Below are positions 1-12,439 of a stretch of DNA of 64,000 nucleotides, in pieces. The position numbers and the translations under genes were made by a program. Below the pieces are notes generated by a model. That model was not told the DNA's origin. It searched no databases and saw only the letters and a program-made list of their open reading frames with translations. Within the stretch, counting starts at the first letter, position 1. Every line of letters begins with the position of its first letter. Source of the stretch: Lingula anatina (taxonomy: Eukaryota; Animalia; Brachiopoda); contig CM120643.1 in the NCBI GenBank assembly GCA_051362555.1, positions 4,960,001 to 5,024,000 on the forward strand. The letters are read 5' to 3'.

Positions 1-393
1 ATGTAGACATATACGCTAGTTACAACACATACATCTCTCTAACTCACGCACACACACACGAACCCTTCTCTCTTTCTCACACACACATTCACACAGAGAA
101 AGAAACACACCAAGACATCAATGAGATTTAATGAAGACTTCAGCTCCACTGTAAGGTGCTGCCACCAAGTGGATAAAGCAAGCACTTATATATTATACAT
201 ACAGTGACAATAAAGACATAGACAGTGATCAGAATACATACAGACACATTCAATATCTCAACAGACAATGCAAAGTCATCAAGATGTATACATGAAATTT
301 TGTTTATATTAAGAGTTTTGCCCAGCGAACCCTCGCCCCCCCCAACTCCAAACAGATAACATTAACTCTTGTCACTTTGAACATAACTAACTG

Positions 394-426
<33 letters not shown>

Positions 427-2779
427 TTTTCTATCTTTCTCACAAACACACACACACACACACACACACATTCACACAGAGACAGAAACACACAAAGACA
501 TCACTGAGACTAGCTGAAGACTTCAGCTCTACTGTAAGGTGCTGCCGCCAAGTAGATAAAGGAATCACTACATTGTAAAATGCAGCAATGGGAAGAGCAT
601 CCCCAAGCAGTAAAGTATCACATATTGAAATATAAAAATATGTAACAAACCAAAGGAAAATTGATTTCTATAATTCATTCAAATAAATTGTTCACACAAT
701 AGCACAGGATTCAAACGATTGCCCATGTGCGAAAAGTGCATTGTTTGAAATAAACAAGTTGGTGAAATTGATAAAGCCTGCCGGTGTTTAGCCACTGGTT
801 GATTTGATTTAATTTGCCCTCTGGTGTTGTTTTGAAAATAGATATTACAAACATTCTATTGATTTTATGTTTTAAAAAGTAAATCCATTGGAATTTCTTT
901 AGAATAACAGGGATCTTAATTCATGGGTCAAAATCTGGTAGGGCCATGTTGGCCCACTTGGTTAAAAAAATTTGGGCCATTTTTAAAAAATGTGTAACAC
1001 AGTGATCAAAATATATGATACATACAGTGACAATAAAGACATAGACAGTGATCAGAATACATACAGACACATCCAATATCTCAACAGACAATGCAAAGTC
1101 ATCAAGATGTATACATGAAAATTTGTTTATACCAGCGAACCCTCGCCCCCCAACTCCAAACAGATAACATTGACCCTTGTCACCTTGAACATATCAAAAA
1201 CTGATTTGGATCTCAATGACCCATTTACAAATGATAATTTCCCAGTAACAACATATAGTGGCGATGGTCACAATGGGATTGAAAAGAATCACCAGTGTAG
1301 CAATATCGTTGTTGCACTGACCTTTGCTGATATTGTGGGGTTGTAGAACGAGATGGTGAACAGAGGAATTCAACTGTCCTCAGTGTGATGATAATCCAGG
1401 AAACACGCCTTCATTTCTACTGAAAACAGATACTAAATCATCAATAAAAAAAAAAAAATACATATATATATATATATGTAGACATATATGCTAGTTACAA
1501 CACATACATCTCTCTAACTCACACGCACACACACACGAACCCTTCTCTCTTTCTCACACACACATTCACACAGAGAAAGAAACACACCAAGACATCAATG
1601 AGATTTAATGAAGACTTCAGCTCCACTGTAAGGTGCTGCCACCAAGTGGATAAAGCAAGCACTTATATATTATACATACAGTGACAATAAAGACATAGAC
1701 AGTGATCAGAATACATACAGACACTTCAATATCTCAACAGACAATGCAAAGTCATCAAGATGTATACATGAAATTTTGTTTATATTAAGAGTTTTGCCCA
1801 GCGAACCCTCGCCCCCCCCAACTCCAAACAGATAACATTAACCCTTGTCACGTTGAACATATCAAAAACTGATTTGGATCTCAATTACCCATTTACAAAT
1901 GAAAATTTCCCAGTTACAAGATATAGTGCCGATGGTCACAATGGGATTGAAAAAAATTACCAGTGTAGCAATATCGTTGTTGCACTGACCTTTGCTGATA
2001 TTGTGGGGTTGTAGAACAAGATGGTGAACAGAGGAATTCAACTGTCCTCAGTGTGATGATAATCCAGGAAACACACCTTCATCTCTACTGAAAGCAGATG
2101 ATAAATCATCAATAAAAAAAATATATATATATATATAGACAATGCTAAGGCATCAGAATGTATACATAAAATTTTGTCTATATCAAGGTTTTTGCTAAGC
2201 GCACAACTCTCTCCCACCCCCACCCAAATATCAACAGTTCACATTAACCCTTTATTGTCACTTTGAGCATATCTAAGACCCATTCCCATAGATATTTAGA
2301 TCTATCTATCCCCCTGGGGAGTCTCAGCTCAACAGGCTTAAATGTTTGTCCCACCCACTAAAAGCTGTAAGGGGGTAATTAACTATGGTGCGCGCTCGGC
2401 TGACTGCAATTTAGCATGAACCCCCAGGGAGTTAGGTCGATCTAAATCTGCATTTCTGGATCAATCTAAATCTCTGGGAATGCACTCTCAAACTGAGTAT
2501 GCATGATATAATGGCACAATATTAAAGATATAAAGAGATTTTTCCCCTGATCATGTGTGTGTTATGTAATTTTTTATTATTTTTAAAATACTGGATAAGC
2601 TGAACACTCCTTTGTTTTAACAAAATGTCAAATTTTTCTGTTTTTGTATTCTAAAAATAATACAACTTTCAAAATTGGCATAAAATTGTGTTTAGTTTTT
2701 TAAAATCAATTTTGAAGTTCTTTGAGCTTTTTTAATACTAAATTCTCTATCTCTCTTACCACACAATCCCAAAAACAAG

Positions 2780-2819
<40 letters not shown>

Positions 2820-5232
2820 AACTAACTGACACACACACACACACACACAAACTTTTTCTATCTTTCTCACAAACACACACACACACTCACACACACACAT
2901 TCACACAGAGACAGAAACACACAAAGACATCATTGAGACTTAATGAAAACTTCAGCTTCACTGTAAGGTGCTGCCGCCAAGTGGATAAAGGAAGCACTAC
3001 ATTGTAAAATGCAGCAATGGGAAGAGCATCCCCAAGCAGTAAAGTATCATATTTTGAAATATAAAAATATGTAACAAACCAAAGGAAAATTGATTTCTAT
3101 AATTCATTCAAATAAATTGTTCACACAATAGCACAGAATTCAAACGATTGCGAATGTGCGAAAAGTGCACCGTTTGAAAGAAACAAGTTGGTGAAATTGA
3201 TAAAGCCTGCCGGTGTTAAGCCACTGGTTGATTTGATTTAATTTGCCCTCTGGTGTTGTTTTGAAAATAGATATTACAAACATTCTATTGATTTTATGTT
3301 TTAAAAAGTAAATCCATTGGAATTTCTTTAGAATAACAGGGATCTTAATTCATGGGTCAAAATCTGGTAGGGCCATGTTGGCCCACTTGGTTAAAAAAAT
3401 TTGGGCCATTTTTAAAAAATGTGTAACACAGTGATCAAAATATATGATACATACAGTGACAATAAAGACATAGACAGTGATCAGAATACATACAGACACA
3501 TCCAATATCTCAACAGACAATGCAAAGTCATCAAGATGTATACATGAAAATTTGTTTATACCAGCGAACCCTCGCCCCCCAACTCCAAACAGATAACATT
3601 GACCCTTGTCACCTTGAACATATCAAAAACTGATTTGGATCTCAATGACCCATTTACAAATGATAATTTCCCAGTAACAACATATAGTGGCGATGGTCAC
3701 AATGGGATTGAAAAGAATCACCAGTGTAGCAATATCGTTGTTGCACTGACCTTTGCTGATATTGTGGGGTTGTAGAACGAGATGGTGAACAGAGGAATTC
3801 AACTGTCCTCAGTGTGATGATAATCCAGGAAACACGCCTTCATTTCTACTGAAAACAGATACTAAATCATCAATAAAAAAAAAATACATATATATATATA
3901 TATGTAGACATATACGCTAGTTACAACACATACATCTCTCTAACTCACACGCACACACACACGAACCCTTCTCTCTTTCTCACACACACATTCACACAGA
4001 CAAAGAAACACACCAAGACATCAATGAGATTTAATGAAGACTTCAGCTCCACTGTAAGGTGCTGCCACCAAGTGGATAAAGCAAGCACTTATATATTATA
4101 CATACAGTGACAATAAAGACATAGACAGTGATCAGAATACATACAGACACTTCAATATCTCAACAGACAATGCAAAGTCATCAAGATGTATACATGAAAT
4201 TTTGTTTATATTAAGAGTTTTGCCCAGCGAACCCTCGCCCCCCCCAACACCAAACAGATAACATACCCTTGTCACGTTGAACATATCAAAAACTGATTTG
4301 GATCTCAATTACCCATTTACAAATGATAATTTCCCAGTTACAACATATAGTGCCGATGGTCACAATGGGATTGAAAAAAATTACCAGTGTAGCAATATCG
4401 TTGTTGCACTGACCTTTGCTGATATTGTGGGGTTGTAGAACAAGATGGTGAACAGAGGAATTCAACTGTCCTCAGTGTGATGATAATCCAGGAAACACAC
4501 CTTCATCTCTACTGAAAGCAGATGATAAATCATCAATAAAAAAAAATATATATATATATAGACAATGCTAAGGCATCAGAATGTATACATAAAATTTTGT
4601 CTATATCAAGGTTTTTGCTAAGCGCACAACTCTCTCCCACCCCCACCCAAATATCAACAGTTCACATTAACCCTTTATTGTCACTTTGAGCATATCTAAG
4701 ACCCATTCCCATAGATATTTAGATCGATCTATCCCCCTGGGGAGTCTCAGCTCAACAGGCTTAAATGTTTGTCCCACCCACTAAAAGCTGTAAGGGGGTA
4801 ATTAACTATGGTGCGCGCTCGGCTGACTGCAATTGAGCATGAACCCCCAGGGAGTTAGGTCGATCTAAATCTAAATTTCTGGATCAATCTAAATCTCTGG
4901 GAATGCACTCTCAAACTGAGTATGCATGATATAATGGCACAATATTAAAGATATAAAGAGATTTTTCCCCTGATCATGTGTGTGTTATGTAATTTTTTAT
5001 TATTTTTAAAATACTGGATAAGCTGAACACTCCTTTGTTTTAACAAAATGTCAAATTTTTCTGTTTTTGTATTCTAAAAATAATACAACTTTCAAAATTG
5101 GCATAAAATTGTGTTTAGTTTTTTAAAATCAATTTTGAAGTTCTTTGAGCTTTTTTAATACTAAATTCTCTATCTCTCTTACCACACAATCCCAAAAACA
5201 AGCTCTCTCTCTCTCTCTCTCTCTAACTAACT

Positions 5233-5272
<40 letters not shown>

Positions 5273-7639
5273 TTTTCTATCTTTCTCACAAACACACACA
5301 CACACTCACACACACACATTCACACAGAGACAGAAACACACAAAGACATCATTGAGACTTAATGAAAACTTCAGCTTCACTGTAAGGTGCTGCCGCCAAG
5401 TGGATAAAGGAAGCACTACATTGTAAAATGCAGCAATGGGAAGAGCATCCCCAAGCAGTAAAGTATCATATTTTGAAATATAAAAATATGTAACAAACCA
5501 AAGGAAAATTGATTTCTATAATTCATTCAAATAAATTGTTCACACAATAGCACAGGATTCAAACGATTGCGAATGCGCGAAAAGTGCACCGTTTGAAAGA
5601 AACAAGTTGGTGAAATTGATAAAGCCTGCCGGTGTTAAGCCACTGGTTGATTTGATTTAATTTGCCCTCTGGTGTTGTTTTGAAAATAGATATTACAAAC
5701 ATTCTATTGATTTTATGTTTTAAAAAGTAAATCCATTGGAATTTCTTTAGAATAACAGGGATCTTAATTCATGGGTCAAAATCTGGTAGGGCCATTTTGG
5801 CCCACTTGGTTAAAAAAATTTGGGCCATTTTTAAAAAATGTGTAACACAGTGATCAAAATATATGATACATACAGTGACAATAAAGACATAGACAGTGAT
5901 CAGAATACATACAGACACATCCAATATCTCAACAGACAATGCAAAGTCATCAAGATGTATACATGAAAATTTGTTTATACCAGCGAACCCTCGCCCACCA
6001 ATTCTCCAAACAGATAACATTGACCCTTGTCACCTTGAACATATCAAAAACTGATCTGGATCTCAATGACCCATTTACAAATGATAATTTCCCAGTAACA
6101 ACATATAGTGACGATGGTCACAATGGGATTGAATAGAATCACCAGTGTAGCAATATCATTGTTGCACTGACCTTTGCTGATACTGTGTGGTTGTAGAAAG
6201 AGATGGTGAACAGAGGAATTCAACTGTCCTCAGTGTGATGATAATCCAGGAAACACGCCTTCATTTCTACTGAAAACAGATACTAAATCATCAATAAAAA
6301 AAAAATACATATATATATAAATATACAGGTATGTAGACATATACGCTAGTTACAACACATACATGTCTCTAACTCACACGCACACACACACGAACCCTTC
6401 TCTCTTTCTCACACACACATTCACACAGAGAAAGAAACACACCAAGACATCAATGAGATTTAATGAAGACTTCAGCTCCACTGTAAGGTGCTGCCACCAA
6501 GTGGATAAAGCAAGCACTTATATATTATACATACAGTGACAATAAAGACATAGACAGTGATCAGAATACATACAGACACATTCAATATCTCAACAGACAA
6601 TGCAAAGTCATCAAGATGTATACATGAAATTTTGTTTATATTAAGAGTTTTGCCCAGCGAACCCTCGCCCCCCCCCCCCCCCCCCCAACTCCAAACAGAT
6701 AACATTAACCCTTGTCACGTTGAACATATCAAAAACTGATTTGGATCTCAATTACCCATTTACAAATGATAATTTCCCAGTTACAACATATAGTGCCGAT
6801 GGTCACAATGGGATTGAAAAAAATCACCAGTGTAGCAATATCGTTGTTGCACTGACCTTTGCTGATATTGTGGGGTTGTAGAACAAGATGGTGAACAGAG
6901 GAATTCAACTGTCCTCAGTGTGATGATAATCCAGGAAACACACCTTCATCTCTACTGAAAACAGATGATAAATCATCAATAAAAAAAAAAATATATATAT
7001 ATATACAATGCTAAGGCATCAGAATGTATACATAAAATTTTGTCTATATCAAGGTTTTTGCTAAGCGCACAACTCTCTCCCACCCCCACCCAAATATCAA
7101 CAGTTCACATTAACCCTTTATTGTCACCTTGAGCATATCTAAGACCCATTCCCATAGATATTTAGATCGATCTATCCCCCTGGGGAGTCTCAGCTTAACA
7201 GGCTTAAATGTCTGTCCCACCCACTAAAAGCTGTAAGGGGGTAATTAACTATGGTGCGCGCTCGGCTGACTGCAATTTAGCATGAACCCCCAGGGAGTTA
7301 GGTCGATCTAAATCTAAATAACTGGATCAATCTAAATCTCTGGGAATGCACTCTCAAACTGAGTATGCATGATATAATGGCACAATATTAAAGATATAAA
7401 GAGATTTTTCCTCTGATCATGTGTGTTATGTAATTTTTTATTATTTTTAAAATACTGGATAAGCTGAACACTCCTTTGTTTTAACAAAATGTCAAATTTT
7501 TCTGTTTTTGTATTCTAAAAATAATACAACTTTCAAAATTGGCATAAAATTGTGTTTAGTTTTTTAAAATCAATTTTGAAGTTCTTTGAGCTTTTTTAAT
7601 ACTAAATTCTCTATCTCTCTTACCACACAATCCCAAAAA

Positions 7640-7677
<38 letters not shown>

Positions 7678-9845
7678 AACTGACACACACACACACACAC
7701 AAACTTTTTCTATCTTTCTCACAAACACACACACACACTCACACACACACATTTACACAGAGACAGAAACACACAAAGACATCATTGAGACTTAATGAAA
7801 ACTTCAGCTTCACTGTAAGGTGCCGCCGCCAAGTGGATAAAGGAAGCACTACATTGTAAAATGCAGCAATGGGAAGAGCATCCCCAAGCAGTAAAGTATC
7901 ATATTTTGAAATATAAAAATATGTAACAAACCAAAGGAAAATTGATTTCTATAATTCATTCAAATAAATTGTTCACACAATAGCACAGGATTCAAACGAT
8001 TGCGAATGTGCGAAAAGTGCACCGTTTGAAAGAAACAAGTTGGTGAAATTGATAAAGCCTGCCGGTGTTAAGCCACTGGTTGATTTGATTTAATTTGCCC
8101 TCTGGTGTTGTTTTGAAAATAGATATTACAAACATTCTATTGATTTTATGTTTTAAAAAGTAAATCCATTGGAATTTCTTTAGAATAACAGGGATCTTAA
8201 TTCATGGGTCAAAATCTGGTAGGGCCATGTTGGCCCACTTGGTTAAAAAAATTTGGGCCATTTTTAAAAAATGTGTAACACAGTGATCAAAATATATGAT
8301 ACATACAGTGACAATAAAGACATAGACAGTGATCAGAATACATACAGACACATCCAATATCTCAACAGACAATGCAAAGTCATCAAGATGTATACATGAA
8401 AATTTGTTTATACCAGCGAACCCTCGCCCCCCAACTCCAAACAGATAACATTGACCCTTGTCACCTTGAACATATCAAAAACTGATTTGGATCTCAATGA
8501 CCCATTTACAAATGATAATTTCCCAGTAACAACATATAGTGGCGATGGTCACAATGGGATTGAAAAGAATCACCAGTGTAGCAATATCGTTGTTGCACTG
8601 ACCTTTGCTGATATTGTGGGGTTGTAGAACGAGATGGTGAACAGAGGAATTCAACTGTCCTCAGTGTGATGATAATCCAGGAAACACGCCTTCATTTCTA
8701 CTGAAAACAGATACTAAATCATCAATAAAAAAAAAAAATACATATATATATATATATGTAGACATATACGCTAGTTACAACACATACATCTCTCTAACTC
8801 ACACGCACACACACACGAACCCTTCTCTCTTTCTCACACACACATTCACACAGAGAAAGAAACACACCAAGACATCAATGAGATTTAATGAAGACTTCAG
8901 CTCCACCATTAACCCTTGTCACGTTGAACATATCAAAAACTGATTTGGATCTCAATTACCCATTTACAAATGATAATTTCCCAGTTACAACATATAGTGC
9001 CGATGGTCACAATGGGATTGAAAAAAATTACCAGTGTAGCAATATCGTTGTTGCACTGACCTTTGCTGATATTGTGGGGTTGTAGAACAAGATGGTGAAC
9101 AGAGGAATTCAACTGTCCTCAGTGTGATGATAATCCAGGAAACACACCTTCACCTCTACTGAAAGCAGATGATAAATCATCAATAAAAAAAAATATATAT
9201 ATATATAGACAATGCTAAGGCATCAGAATGTATACATAAAATTTTGTCTATATCAAGGTTTTTGCTAAGCGCACAACTCTCTCCCACCCCCACCCAAATA
9301 TCAACAGTTCACATTAACCCTTTATTGTCACTTTGAGCATATCTAAGACCCATTCCCATAGATATTTAGATCGATCTATCCCCCTGGGGAGTCTCAGCTC
9401 AACAGGCTTAAATGTTTGTCCCACCCACTAAAAGCTGTAAGGGGGTAATTAACTATGGTGCGCGCTCGGCTGACTGCAATTGAGCATGAACCCCCAGGGA
9501 GTTAGGTCGATCTAAATCTAAATTTCTGGATCAATCTAAATCTCTGGGAATGCACTCTCAAACTGAGTATGCATGATATAATGGCACAATATTAAAGATA
9601 TAAAGAGATTTTTCCCCTGATCATGTGTGTGTTATGTAATTTTTTATTATTTTTAAAATACTGGATAAGCTGAACACTCCTTTGTTTTAACAAAATGTCA
9701 AATTTTTCTGTTTTTGTATTCTAAAAATAATACAACTTTCAAAATTGGCATAAAATTGTGTTTAGTTTTTTAAAATCAATTTTGAAGTTCTTTGAGCTTT
9801 TTTAATACTAAATTCTCTATCTCTCTTACCACACAATCCCAAAAA

Positions 9846-9884
<39 letters not shown>

Positions 9885-9892
9885 ACTAACTG

Positions 9893-9925
<33 letters not shown>

Positions 9926-11368
9926 TTTTCTATCTTTCTCACAAACACACACACACACTCACACACACACACATTCACACAGAGACAGAAACACACAAAG
10001 ACATCATTGAGACTTAATGAAAACTTCAGCTTCACTGTAAGGTGCTGCCGCCAAGTGGATAAAGGAAGCACTACATTGTAAAATGCAGCAATGGGAAGAG
10101 CATCCCCAAGCAGTAAAGTATCATATTTTGAAATATAAAAATATGTAACAAACCAAAGGAAAATTGATTTCTATAATTCATTCAAATAAATTGTTCACAC
10201 AATAGCACAGGATTCAAACGATTGCGAATGTGCGAAAAGTGCACCGTTTGAAAGAAACAAGTTGGTGAAATTGATAAAGCCTGCCGGTGTTAAGCCACTG
10301 GTTGATTTGATTTAATTTGCCCTCTGGTGTTGTTTTGAAAATAGATATTACAAACATTCTATTGATTTTATGTTTTAAAAAGTAAATCCATTGGAATTTC
10401 TTTAGAATAACAGGGATCTTAATTCATGGGTCAAAATCTGGTAGGGCCATTTTGGCCCACTTGGTTAAAAAAATTTGGGCCATTTTTAAAAAATGTGTAA
10501 CACAGTGATCAAAATATATGATACATACAGTGACAATAAAGACATAGACAGTGATCAGAATACATACAGACACATCCAATATCTCAACAGACAATGCAAA
10601 GTCATCAAGATGTATACATGAAAATTTGTTTATACCAGCGAACCCTCGCCCACCAATTCTCCAAACAGATAACATTGACCCTTGTCACCTTGAACATATC
10701 AAAAACTGATTTGGATCTCAATGACCCATTTACAAATGATAATTTCCCAGTAACAACATATAGTGGCGATGGTCACAATGGGATTGAATAGAATCACCAG
10801 TGTAGCAATATCATTGTTGCACTGACCTTTGCTGATACTGTGTGGTTGTAGAAAGAGATGGTGAACAGAGGAATTCAACTGTCCTCAGTGTGATGATAAT
10901 CCAGGAAACACGCCTTCATTTCTACTGAAAACAGATACTAAATCATCAATAAAAAAAAAATACATATATATATATATGTAGACATATACGCTAGTTACAA
11001 CACATACATCTCTCTAACTCACGCACACACACACGAACCCTTCTCTCTTTCTCACACACACATTCACACAGAGAAAGAAACACACCAAGACATCAATGAG
11101 ATTTAATGAAGACTTCAGCTCCACTGTAAGGTGCTGCCACCAAGTGGATAAAGCAAGCACTTATATATTATACATACAGTGACAATAAAGACATAGACAG
11201 TGATCAGAATACATACAGACACATTCAATATCTCAACAGACAATGCAAAGTCATCAAGATGTATACATGAAATTTTGTTTATATTAAGAGTTTTGCCCAG
11301 CGAACCCTCGCCCCCCCCCAACTCCAAACAGATAACATTAACCCTTGTCACTTTGAACATAACTAACT

Positions 11369-11404
<36 letters not shown>

Positions 11405-12169
11405 TTTTCTATCTTTCTCACAAACACACACACACACACACACACACATTCACACAGAGACAGAAACACACAAAGACATCACTGAGACTAGCTGAAGACT
11501 TCAGCTCTACTGTAAGGTGCTGCCGCCAAGTAGATAAAGGAATCACTACATTGTAAAATGCAGCAATGGGAAGAGCATCCCCAAGCAGTAAAGTATCACA
11601 TATTGAAATATAAAAATATGTAACAAACCAAAGGAAAGTTGATTTCTATAATTCATTCAAATAAATTGTTCACACAATAGCACAGGATTCAAACGATTGC
11701 CCATGTGCGAAAAGTGCATTGTTTGAAATAAACAAGTTGGTGAAATTGATAAAGCCTGCCGGTGTTTAGCCACTGGTTGATTTGATTTAATTTGCCCTCT
11801 GGTGTTGTTTTGAAAATTTATATTACAAACATTCTATTGATTTTATGTTTTAAAAAGTAAATCCATTGGAATTTCCTTAGAATAACAGGGATCTTTATTC
11901 CTGGGTCAAAATCTGGTAGGGCCATTTTGGCCCACTTGGTCAAAAAAATTGGGCCATTTTTAAAAAATGTGTAACACAGTGATCAAAATATAATATTTCA
12001 TTATAATAAACACATACAGTGACAATAAAGACATAGACAGTGATCAGAATACATACAGACACATTCAATATCTCAACAGACAATGCAAAGTCATCAAGAT
12101 GTATACATGAAATTTATATCAAGAGTTTTGCCAAGCGAACCCTCGCCCCCCAATTCCAAACAGTTAACA
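1..12169. repeat. Complex tandem array, left homogeneous part: ~2.2-2.4-kb units built from exon-like modules, (CA)n/(CT)n/(TA)n microsatellites and one MITE
   Basis: Embedded MITE recurs at 2277, 4700, 7143 and 9347. Near-identical ORFs recur at 5769/10424 and 2706/7570/9776. The sequence at position 1 restarts at 10976, including the same deletion junction (TTGAACATAACTAACTGACAC). Confidence 0.95.
2277..2487. mobile_element. PIF/Harbinger-like MITE, family A (~210 bp); array copies also at 4700-4910, 7143-7353 and 9347-9557
   Basis: Imperfect TIRs (GACCCATTCCCATAGA...TAGATCGATCTA / TCTCTGGGAATGCACTC) with TAA/TCA flanks. Sister modules show the empty site CATATCTAAAACTGA. Confidence 0.75.
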
Positions 12170-12439
12170 TTAAAGATGCATACAAACCGAGTGGGAATCC
12201 CCACTAACGCATATAAACCACTTCTACTAGCTGCTAATACGACGCAAGTAATGCCGACATGCCAAAGGATTAACCTCATTAATCTCTCGTTCGGCTAAAA
12301 AATAGCTGTAAACCTGCAGTTTTCTTAAATTTATGGTTGTAAGTTTAACCTATTTTTCCGACCTCCTGTTCGTAAAAGTCCGCTGAATGACGTAGTAATG
12401 TATGACGTATTGCTGATTTGCATACCCATCAAAACAAAT

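Noticed and set aside
1200-1430. Minus-strand frame reading H*GQ...GQCNNDIATLVILFNPIVTIATIC, resembling trypsin NDIA, with a conserved in-frame TGA (possible selenocysteine)
   Set aside because: There are no other serine-protease motifs (TAAHC, GDSGGP), no SECIS was identified, and diverged copies carry indels and lose the motif.
2706-11399. Repeated 60-94 aa ORFs (MCVCECVC..., MLSVWRIGG..., MQSHQDVY...)
   Set aside because: They are translations of microsatellites and array units; stops and frames vary between copies and no domain is recognisable.
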